DNA of 32,468 bases from Deltaproteobacteria bacterium (GTDB taxonomy: Bacteria; Myxococcota_A; UBA9160; SMWR01). Position numbers and translations under genes: made by a program. Each line of letters opens with the position of its first letter. Within the stretch, counting starts at the first letter, position 1. This document shows, piece by piece, positions 25,250-32,468 of this stretch. The notes under the pieces are model-generated. The model saw only the letters and a list, made by a program, of their open reading frames with translations, had not been told where the DNA came from and did not search any database. The stretch covers positions 1 to 32,468 of the forward strand of contig JAQBHB010000100.1 in the NCBI GenBank assembly GCA_032128115.1. Direction: 5' to 3'.

Positions 25250-26173
25250 CTAATCCCGCCAGGCCATGGGGACGCGGGCCTGGTCGGCCTCGGCCTCGAG
25301 AAGCCCCCGCTGGCGCTCCAGGTCATCGGTCTGCGCCGTGAGGCGCTGCAGCTCGCGACTGTGGGTCGAGGGGGTCCGCGACCGCTCCTCCTCGATCATC
25401 GTCAGGCGCTGTTTCAGGCTCAGGTACTCGGAGCTCCACTGGGCCTGGCTGCGACCGCCCCGGATCGCGCCCGCGGCCGCCAGGTGGTTGGGTTCCAGCG
25501 TCAGAATGCCGTTGGCCGCATCGACGTTGTAGGTGAAGTGATTGAAGAACGAGAGGCCCAACAGCCCGAAACTCAGGTCCGGAGTCACGCTGGCGGGCAC
25601 ATTCTCGACGAGCGCACCGCCCAGGTCCACCGATCGCAACATCACGACAGGGCGGGTGATGATCCCGTTGGCCGTCGAGTAGCGCTTGGTGCGCGTGGTC
25701 GCGTCCAGCGTGATGCCCAGTTGATCTGCAACCCGCTTGGGAACCAGAACGTCGCTGGCGCCCGTGTCGATCAGGAAAGGAGCGGACACGCTGTTGTTCA
25801 GGCGTACCTCCACGATCATTCCGGTCCCCGCGCGCGATACCTGGATCTTGTAGATCTCGCGCGCCCCCGACTGCCCGGTCAGCGCGCTGCCCGCCACTGC
25901 AGAAGCCGAAGTCGCCGCCCGCGGTGACGCGGTGGGGTCGGGTGCAGCGGGATCGATGCTGATCCGTTGCACCGGATCGTTGCTCTTCGCGGCGTCGAGC
26001 TTCGCGCGCCAGTCCGCCCGGGCGCGGTAACGCGCCGGCACCTGGCTCAGATTCTGGGCGAAGTGGACGCGGCCGTTGTCGTCGGTCCACTGATAGATCT
26101 CGGCGCCCGCGAGCCCGGAAACCACGGCGATGACGGCGGCGAGAAGTGCAAGAGGCCAGAAGGCTCGGCGCAT
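25250..26173 (-). CDS. Exported DUF4124 + clan AA retropepsin-like aspartic protease
   Basis: Signal peptide, IYQWTDDNGRVHF (DUF4124-type), FLIDTGAS, TANG, LLGLSF, C-terminal coiled coil. Confidence 0.88.
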   Translation of the reverse strand: MRRAFWPLALLAAVIAVVSGLAGAEIYQWTDDNGRVHFAQNLSQVPARYRARADWRAKLDAAKSNDPVQRISIDPAAPDPTASPRAATSASAVAGSALTGQSGAREIYKIQVSRAGTGMIVEVRLNNSVSAPFLIDTGASDVLVPKRVADQLGITLDATTRTKRYSTANGIITRPVVMLRSVDLGGALVENVPASVTPDLSFGLLGLSFFNHFTYNVDAANGILTLEPNHLAAAGAIRGGRSQAQWSSEYLSLKQRLTMIEEERSRTPSTHSRELQRLTAQTDDLERQRGLLEAEADQARVPMAWRD

Positions 26174-26287
26174 GCAGGAGACCCCCAGCTTGAAATCGGC
26201 CAGCGCCAGCCTCGCCTTGATGAGTCGCCGTCGAGTTGCGCCGATACGAGGGTGGTTCTGCCGCCGAATTGCCGCTCGCTGAGCGAA

Positions 26288-28171
26288 TCAATCTCCGGGC
26301 GCGATCTCCTCTCCGGAGTCGTCATCCGCCGCGTCGAAGAAGCGCCGGAGGATCGCCGCATCGCGCGTGCTCACCCCGGCCACCGCAGCCAGCTCCGCTT
26401 CGCTCGCGGCGCGCACTGCACGCAGCGATCCCAGTTCGCGAAGCAGCGCGCGTCGCTTGCTGGGGCCGATGCCGGGCAGTTCCTCGAGAATCGAGAGCAG
26501 CCCCATCTTCGAGCGCAGATCCCGCTGGAATCCGATGGCGAAACGATGCGACTCATCGCGCACCCGCTGCAACAGCAACAGGGAGCGCGAGCTCGCCGGC
26601 AGCACCACCGGATTCTTGCGTCCGGGCAGGAAGACCCGCTCGGCCTTCAGGCCGCCGGAGCGTTTCACCCGCGGTGACGCGCTGTGTTCGTCGCGCTCCT
26701 TGGCCAGGGAGATCACGTCCGCCAGCAGGCCCGCGTCCCGGAGCGCCGCGGTCATCACGCCCAGCTGCCCCTTGCCCCCGTCCACCATCAGCAGGTCCGG
26801 CAGGGGTTCCGTTGCGATCCGGGCGAAGCGGCGCGTGAGCACCTCGCGCAGGCACGCGTAGTCGTCGTCCGGCGCCGCGTCGCGGATGCGGTAGCGCCGA
26901 TAGTCGTTTTTCAGGGGCGTCCCGTCCTCGAAAACCACACGGCTCGCCACCGTCAACGTGCCCCGGAAGGTCGAAACGTCGTATCCCTCGATGCGCCGGG
27001 GCAGAGCCGTGAGCTCCAGGCGATCCCGCAGCTCTTCCAGCGTGGCGTCCAGGCCCTCGCGTGCGTCCAGGCGACGGGCGAGGCCCAGCTCCGCATTGGC
27101 GCGGGCCATGGCGACCAGCTCGGTCAGGGGGCCGCGCCGCGGCGCGCGCACTGCCACCTTGCGTCGCGCCCGCTCGGCGAACAGCGCCTCGAGGGCGCCG
27201 TCGTCTTCCAGGGAGGCGGGTGTCAGCACCTCGGCCGGCACCGGGCGACCCTCCTCGGCACCGTAGTACTGACCCAGGAACGAAGTCATGACCTCCCCAT
27301 CGCTGAGTTCGAGATCCGAGAAGCCGTAGCTGCGGGTTCCCACCACGCGGCCCTCGCGCACCGTGAGCACCTGCACCTCCACGTCCCCCCCGCGGCGCGC
27401 CAGGCCGAACACGTCGCGGTCCACCGGATGCTCTGCCACGATCTGCTGGCGCTCCAGCGTGCGCTCCACGGCGGTGAGTCGATCTCGAAGCTGGGCGGCC
27501 TCCTCGAATCGCTCCGCCGCCGATGCTCGCGCCATCCGCTCGCGCAGCTGGTCGGCCAGCTCGCTGGACCGCCCGCGCAGGAACAGCGCCGTGCCCCGCA
27601 CCAGTTCCTCGTAGCTCGCAGCCGTTACGAGCCCACAGCAGGGGCCTGCGCAGCGCTTCATCTCGTACTCGATACAGGGCCGGCCGCGCCGCGCGTAGTC
27701 GCGAAAAACCGCGTCGCGGCAGGATCGCAGGGGAAAGATCTTTCGCAGGTTCGAAACCGCGTTGTGCATGGCCACGCTCGACGTGTACGGGCCGAAGTAC
27801 TGGGCGCCGTCCTGGCGGAAGCGACGCACCTGGGTCAGCCGGGGCCAGACTTCCGACTCGTCCAGGCGCAGGGCCAGATACTGCTTGTCGTCGCGCAGGC
27901 GCACGTTGAAAGGCGGCTTGTGCTGCTTGATCAGCTCGTTCTCCAGCAGCAGCGCATCCTTGACGTTGGGGGTCACCACCACTTCCACGTCCGCGGTTCG
28001 CGCAACCAGGCGCGGCACCCGGATGCGACCGTCGCCTCCCGTCAGGTACGAGCGAACCCGGGACCGCAGGTTCTGGGCCTTGCCGATGTAGAGGATCCGG
28101 CCGGCGCGGCTCTTGAAGAGGTAGACCCCGGGGCCCGTGGGAAGCTCTTCTACCCGTTCCGTGAGGCCCAC
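26288..28171 (-). CDS. uvrC: Excinuclease ABC subunit C
   Basis: GIY-YIG (GVYLF...YIGKA), Cys cluster, UVR domain, DGGKGQ, RDESHRFA, HhH (PGIGP). Confidence 0.97.
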   Translation of the reverse strand: MGLTERVEELPTGPGVYLFKSRAGRILYIGKAQNLRSRVRSYLTGGDGRIRVPRLVARTADVEVVVTPNVKDALLLENELIKQHKPPFNVRLRDDKQYLALRLDESEVWPRLTQVRRFRQDGAQYFGPYTSSVAMHNAVSNLRKIFPLRSCRDAVFRDYARRGRPCIEYEMKRCAGPCCGLVTAASYEELVRGTALFLRGRSSELADQLRERMARASAAERFEEAAQLRDRLTAVERTLERQQIVAEHPVDRDVFGLARRGGDVEVQVLTVREGRVVGTRSYGFSDLELSDGEVMTSFLGQYYGAEEGRPVPAEVLTPASLEDDGALEALFAERARRKVAVRAPRRGPLTELVAMARANAELGLARRLDAREGLDATLEELRDRLELTALPRRIEGYDVSTFRGTLTVASRVVFEDGTPLKNDYRRYRIRDAAPDDDYACLREVLTRRFARIATEPLPDLLMVDGGKGQLGVMTAALRDAGLLADVISLAKERDEHSASPRVKRSGGLKAERVFLPGRKNPVVLPASSRSLLLLQRVRDESHRFAIGFQRDLRSKMGLLSILEELPGIGPSKRRALLRELGSLRAVRAASEAELAAVAGVSTRDAAILRRFFDAADDDSGEEIAPGD

Positions 28172-28174
28172 GGG

Positions 28175-30169
28175 TCAGCCGAGCCGCAGGCGCTCGGTCT
28201 CCAGCTCCCGAAGGCGATCCCGCAGCACCGCGGCGCGTTCGAAATCGAGCGCCTTTGCGGCCTCGCGCATTTCGCGGCTGAGACTGTCGATCAGCTCCGG
28301 CAGCTCGTGGGCCGGCACCCGAGGCTCGGCATCCGAGTCCCCCCGGGCCGGAACGGTCACGTAGTCACGCTCCCAGATGGACTCACGCAGGCTGGAGATC
28401 CGCTTCACGATGGTCGTGGGCGTGATCCCGTGCTCCTCGTTGTAGGCCCGCTGGATTTCCCGCCGCCGGTTCGTCTCGGCCACGGTCTCGCGGATCGATT
28501 TGGTTTCGGTGTCCGCATACAGCAGGACCCTGCCGTTCACGTTGCGCGCCGCGCGCCCGATGGTCTGGATCAGGGAACGCGTCGAACGCAGGAAACCCTC
28601 CTTGTCCGCATCCAGGATCGCCACCAGCGACACCTCGGGAATGTCGAGCCCCTCGCGCAGCAGGTTGATCCCCACCAGCACGTCGAACTCGCCTTCGCGC
28701 AGCTCTCGGATGATGTCCATGCGATCGAGGGTCTTCACGTCGCTGTGGAGGTAGCGAACCCGGATGCCGAGTTCCGCGTAGTAGTCGGTGAGCTCCTCGG
28801 CCATGCGCTTGGTGAGGGTCGTGACCAGGACCCGGTCGCCGGCCTTCGCGCGTTCGCGAATCTCCCCCAGCAGGTCGTCCACCTGGCCGCCGGCGGGCCG
28901 GATCTCCAGTTTCGGATCGATCAGGCCCGTGGGCCGGATGATCTGCTCCACCACCACGCCCTTGGACTGCTGGAACTCGTAGTCCGCGGGGGTGGCCGAC
29001 ACGTAGATGCGCTGGGGCGCACGTTTCTCCCACTCATCGAAGCGCATGGGGCGGTTGTCCAGCGCCGAGGGCAGCCGGAAGCCGAACTCCACCAGCGTCT
29101 CCTTGCGAGCCCGGTCGCCCCGGTACATGCCGCCGATCTGGGGCACGCTGATGTGCGACTCGTCGAGCACCACCAGCAGGTCGTCGGGGAAGTAGTCATA
29201 CAGGGTGAACGGGGTCTCACCGGGCTGGCGCCCGTCCAGCCAGCGCGAGTAGTTCTCGACGCCGTGGCAGAAGCCCATCTCCTGGAGCATCTCGCAATCG
29301 TACAGGGTGCGCTGCTCGAGCCGCTGGGCCTCCAGCAGCTTGCCGTTGTCCCGGAAGTACGCGAGCCGCTCCTGCAACTCGCCGCGGATGCCGTCGATGG
29401 CCCGGTGCAGGATGTCGCTGGTGGCCACGTAGTGGCTGGCGGGATACACCATGGCGCGCTTGGGTCGCGCCACCACCTTGCCGCGCAGGGGGTCGATCTC
29501 GGCGATGCTGTCGATCTCGTCGCCGAAGAACTCCACGCGCAGGGCCCGATCGGTCTCATACTGGGGAAAGATCTCCACCACATCGCCGCGCACGCGGAAC
29601 GTGCCCCGGTGGAAATCCACGTCGTTGCGCTCGTAGAGCATGTCCACCAGTCGACGCAACAACTCGTCGCGGGGAAGGTTCATCCCCGTCTCCACGTAGG
29701 CATGCATGGAGCCGTAGGTCTCGGGCGCCCCCAGGCCGTAGATGGAGGAGACACTGGCCACCACGAGCACGTCGCGCCGCGTGAGAAGCGAGTGGGTGGT
29801 GGAGTGCCGGAGTTTGTCGATTTCGTCGTTCACCGACGAATCCTTCTCGATGTAGGTGTCGGTGCTCGGGAGGTAGGCTTCGGGCTGGTAGTAGTCATAG
29901 TACGACACGAAGTACTCGACCGCGTTCTCCGGAAACAGCCCCTTGAACTCGGCGTAGAGCTGGGCGGCCAGGGTCTTGTTGGGCGCCATCATCAGGGTGG
30001 GTCGATCGATCTGCTCCACCACGCACGCCACGCTGAAGGACTTTCCGCTGCCGGTCACGCCAAGCAGCGTCTGGTGCGCGTCACCGCGACGAACACCCTC
30101 CACCAGCGACTCGATGGCCTGGGGCTGGTCGCCCGCGGGTGTGAAGTCGGAAACGAGCTTGAAGCTCAC
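28175..30169 (-). CDS. uvrB: Excinuclease ABC subunit B
   Basis: [50 protein letters not shown]-terminal UVR domain. Confidence 0.99.
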   Translation of the reverse strand: MSFKLVSDFTPAGDQPQAIESLVEGVRRGDAHQTLLGVTGSGKSFSVACVVEQIDRPTLMMAPNKTLAAQLYAEFKGLFPENAVEYFVSYYDYYQPEAYLPSTDTYIEKDSSVNDEIDKLRHSTTHSLLTRRDVLVVASVSSIYGLGAPETYGSMHAYVETGMNLPRDELLRRLVDMLYERNDVDFHRGTFRVRGDVVEIFPQYETDRALRVEFFGDEIDSIAEIDPLRGKVVARPKRAMVYPASHYVATSDILHRAIDGIRGELQERLAYFRDNGKLLEAQRLEQRTLYDCEMLQEMGFCHGVENYSRWLDGRQPGETPFTLYDYFPDDLLVVLDESHISVPQIGGMYRGDRARKETLVEFGFRLPSALDNRPMRFDEWEKRAPQRIYVSATPADYEFQQSKGVVVEQIIRPTGLIDPKLEIRPAGGQVDDLLGEIRERAKAGDRVLVTTLTKRMAEELTDYYAELGIRVRYLHSDVKTLDRMDIIRELREGEFDVLVGINLLREGLDIPEVSLVAILDADKEGFLRSTRSLIQTIGRAARNVNGRVLLYADTETKSIRETVAETNRRREIQRAYNEEHGITPTTIVKRISSLRESIWERDYVTVPARGDSDAEPRVPAHELPELIDSLSREMREAAKALDFERAAVLRDRLRELETERLRLG

Positions 30170-31572
30170 GTCCGCCTCCAGCGCGGGCCCTGGGGGGTGT
30201 CCTCGATCACGACCCCCTGCCCCGTCAGGGTGTCGCGGATCTCGTCGGCGCGGGCAAAGTTCCGATCGGCACGGGCCTGCTCCCGTTCGGCCACGAGGGC
30301 GTCGATGCGCGGGTCACTCTCCAACCAGCGGGCCCGGGGCTCGGCGCTGGCCAGATCGAGCCCCAGGATCCGATCGAAGCCGGCCAGCAGGGCCCAGCGC
30401 GCCGCCGGCGAGAGTTCGCTGCTGCGCGCCGCCTCCCACGCCACCGCCAGCGCGCGCGGAGCGTTCAGGTCGTCGCGGATCGCCTGGCAGAAGCGCTCGC
30501 GCAGTGCCTCGCCCTCCGCCGGGTCGGGCTCCCCTTCGGCCTCGCGCAGCACCGCCGCCGCCGCGAGCAAGCGGTCGTAACCCGTGGCCGCCGACTCCAT
30601 GGCCTCGTCGGTGAAGGTCTGCTGTTGGCGGTAGTGGGCCTGCAGGAACAGGTAGCGGAAGGCCAACGCCGGATGGCCCTGAGCCAGCAGGTCGTCCAAC
30701 AGGTACACGTTGCCGGTGGACTTGGACATCTTCTGCCCGCGGAAGTCCATGAACTCGTTGTGCATCCAGATGCGCACCCACGGGTGAACATCGAATGCGC
30801 ACTCGCTCTGGGCGATCTCGTTGGTGTGGTGCACGGACACATGATCGACGCCACCGGTATGGATGTCGAAGTTCGTGCCCAGGTAGCGAGTGCTCATGGC
30901 GGAGCACTCCAGGTGCCAGCCGGGAAAGCCGCGCCCCCAGGGCGAGTCCCACTCCTGCTGGCGCTGCGCGTCCGGCGGGGGAAACTTCCACAGGGCGAAG
31001 TCGGCGGGTCCGCGCTTGCCCACCACCTCGCCGATGCGGGCGCCGGCCTCCTGGCCGGAGAGATCCAGCCTCGCGAACTCGGCGTAGCGCGAGTACTTCG
31101 AGGTGTCGAAGTAGATGCCGTCTTCGATCCGGTAGCTGTAGCCCTTGTCTTCCAGGGCCTTCACCAGCGCGATCTGCTCCGGGATGTGCTCCGTGGCCCT
31201 GCAGAGGACATCCGGCTCGCCGCATCCCACCCGCGCCCGATCTCGTTGCCACTGCTGCGTGTACCGCTGCGCGATTTCTGCGGCGCTGCGGCCCGCGCGC
31301 CGTGCCGCCTGCTCCATCTTGTCTTCACCCGCGTCCGCGTCGTCGTTCAGGTGGCCCACGTCGGTGATGTTGATGACGTGATGCACCCCATAGCCCTCGG
31401 CGCGCAGCACCCGCACCAGCAGATCGGCAAACAGCTGGGAGCGCAGGTTGCCCAGATGCTGGGGGGCGTAGACCGTGGGGCCGCAGCTGTAGACACCGAC
31501 CCGGGCCGGGTCCGCCGGAGCAAACACCTGCTTGCGACGGGAGCGGGTGTCGTAGAGGACCAGATCCGTCAT
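30166..31572 (-). CDS. cysS: Cysteine--tRNA ligase
   Basis: CGPTVY, HLGN (HIGH-equivalent), [33 protein letters not shown]. Confidence 0.98.
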   Translation of the reverse strand: MTDLVLYDTRSRRKQVFAPADPARVGVYSCGPTVYAPQHLGNLRSQLFADLLVRVLRAEGYGVHHVINITDVGHLNDDADAGEDKMEQAARRAGRSAAEIAQRYTQQWQRDRARVGCGEPDVLCRATEHIPEQIALVKALEDKGYSYRIEDGIYFDTSKYSRYAEFARLDLSGQEAGARIGEVVGKRGPADFALWKFPPPDAQRQQEWDSPWGRGFPGWHLECSAMSTRYLGTNFDIHTGGVDHVSVHHTNEIAQSECAFDVHPWVRIWMHNEFMDFRGQKMSKSTGNVYLLDDLLAQGHPALAFRYLFLQAHYRQQQTFTDEAMESAATGYDRLLAAAAVLREAEGEPDPAEGEALRERFCQAIRDDLNAPRALAVAWEAARSSELSPAARWALLAGFDRILGLDLASAEPRARWLESDPRIDALVAEREQARADRNFARADEIRDTLTGQGVVIEDTPQGPRWRRT

Positions 31573-32060
31573 CCGGTCGCCCTGTCCCCGGGGCCGTTCA
31601 GGATGACCACCGCCAGGGCCGCGATGCCCTCGCCGCGCCCGATGGCCCCGAGACCGTCGGTGCTCGTGACCTTCACGTTGACCCGCTCGGGCGCGGCACC
31701 CAGGACGTGGGCAATGTGGTTCTCCATCTGGGCGAGAAATCCGCCCAGGCGCGGCGACTCCGCCACCAGCGTGGCATCCAGGTTGCCGAGAGTGTGGCCC
31801 GATGCCCCCACCATGGTGGCCACGCGCGCCAGGATCTCGCTACTGGCCACGTCGCGCAGGGTCGGGTCGGACGATGGAAAATGACGGCCCAGATCACCCT
31901 CCCCCAGCGCCCCCAGCAGCGCGTTGGCGATGGCGTGGAGCAGGACGTCGCCGTCCGAGTGACCCTCCAGGCCCCGCTCGTAGGGAACCGCGACCCCGCC
32001 CAGCACCAGCGGCGTTCCCGGGACGAGGCGATGGGCGTCCACGCCCTGGCCCACCTTCAC
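31569..32060 (-). CDS. ispF: 2-C-methyl-D-erythritol 2,4-cyclodiphosphate synthase
   Basis: GQGVDAH, GHSDGDVLLHA, GDLGRHFP, GRGEGIAA. The GTG at 32060 overlaps the ispD TAG. Confidence 0.97.
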   Translation of the reverse strand: MKVGQGVDAHRLVPGTPLVLGGVAVPYERGLEGHSDGDVLLHAIANALLGALGEGDLGRHFPSSDPTLRDVASSEILARVATMVGASGHTLGNLDATLVAESPRLGGFLAQMENHIAHVLGAAPERVNVKVTSTDGLGAIGRGEGIAALAVVILNGPGDRATG

Positions 32061-32468
32061 TAGCGCGTGCCCTCGCCATTCCGGGCCGCGCGAGCCTGGG
32101 CGGCGACCAGGTCGTCCGGGTGGGTGAGCTTCACGTTGTCCGGGTCGCCAGGCACCAGCGTGACCGGCTCCCCCAGCCACTCCACCAGCTGGGCGTCATC
32201 CGTCGCGACGCGGCCCTGCGCAGTCGCCCTGGCCAGTGCCTCGCGGAGCAGCTCGACGCGAAAGACCTGCGGCGTCTGGGCGGCGAAGCACTCGGCGCGA
32301 TCCGGGGTCTCGACCACCCGGCCATCCCGGGCCCGCTTGATGGTGTCCCGTACCGGTGCCGCCAGCAGCGCCGCCCCGTCCCGCCGGGCGGCCTCGATCA
32401 CCCGGGTCACGGCCGCGGCTCGCACGAAGGGGCGAGCCGCGTCGTGAATCACCACCCAGGCGGCATGG
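32060..32468 (-). CDS. ispD: 2-C-methyl-D-erythritol 4-phosphate cytidylyltransferase (5'-truncated by window)
   Basis: IHDAARP, DTIK, AQTPQVF, TDDA, NVKLT. Confidence 0.96.
   Translation of the reverse strand, partial: HAAWVVIHDAARPFVRAAAVTRVIEAARRDGAALLAAPVRDTIKRARDGRVVETPDRAECFAAQTPQVFRVELLREALARATAQGRVATDDAQLVEWLGEPVTLVPGDPDNVKLTHPDDLVAAQARAARNGEGTR

Noticed and set aside
26684..30580. 1298-aa ORF on the + strand
   Set aside because: Antisense shadow of uvrC/uvrB/cysS. Long stop-free antisense frames are expected with high-GC codon bias, and it has no recognisable motifs.
1..32468. Prophage, defence island, mobile element, tRNA or rRNA
   Set aside because: No integrase, transposase, phage or nuclease-defence motifs and no RNA gene patterns were seen. 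Composition looks uniform apart from short AT-rich promoter patches.

Overview
High-GC (roughly 70% by eye), gene-dense bacterial chromosomal segment. The gene repertoire (DUF4388-J-TPR protein, V4R-STAS protein, sigma54 promoters, tandem AAA ATPases, ispD-ispF-cysS order) suggests a Myxococcota/deltaproteobacterial genome, which is an inference. I find about 27 protein genes and no rRNA, tRNA, CRISPR, integrase or transposase. The right end is housekeeping (ispD-ispF-cysS-uvrB-uvrC, comEC). The middle is acyl-CoA metabolism, transport and redox genes. The best candidates for undescribed biology are: (i) a short PAN/ARC/CDC48-like AAA ATPase with degenerate pore-loop, sensor-1 and Arg-finger motifs that ends in a proteasome-docking-like GNYV tail and follows a Ycf46-like AAA gene; (ii) a probable sigma54/IHF-controlled signalling locus (REC-HD-GYP, V4R-STAS, DUF4388/MshEN-like-J-TPR) with a perfect 18-bp operator-like palindrome; (iii) a sigma54 promoter in front of an unknown small protein immediately upstream of comEC, whose N-terminal extension lacks a canonical start codon; (iv) a His-box multi-pass membrane protein fused to TPRs. 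All functional calls come from motif recognition by eye; no database searches were run.
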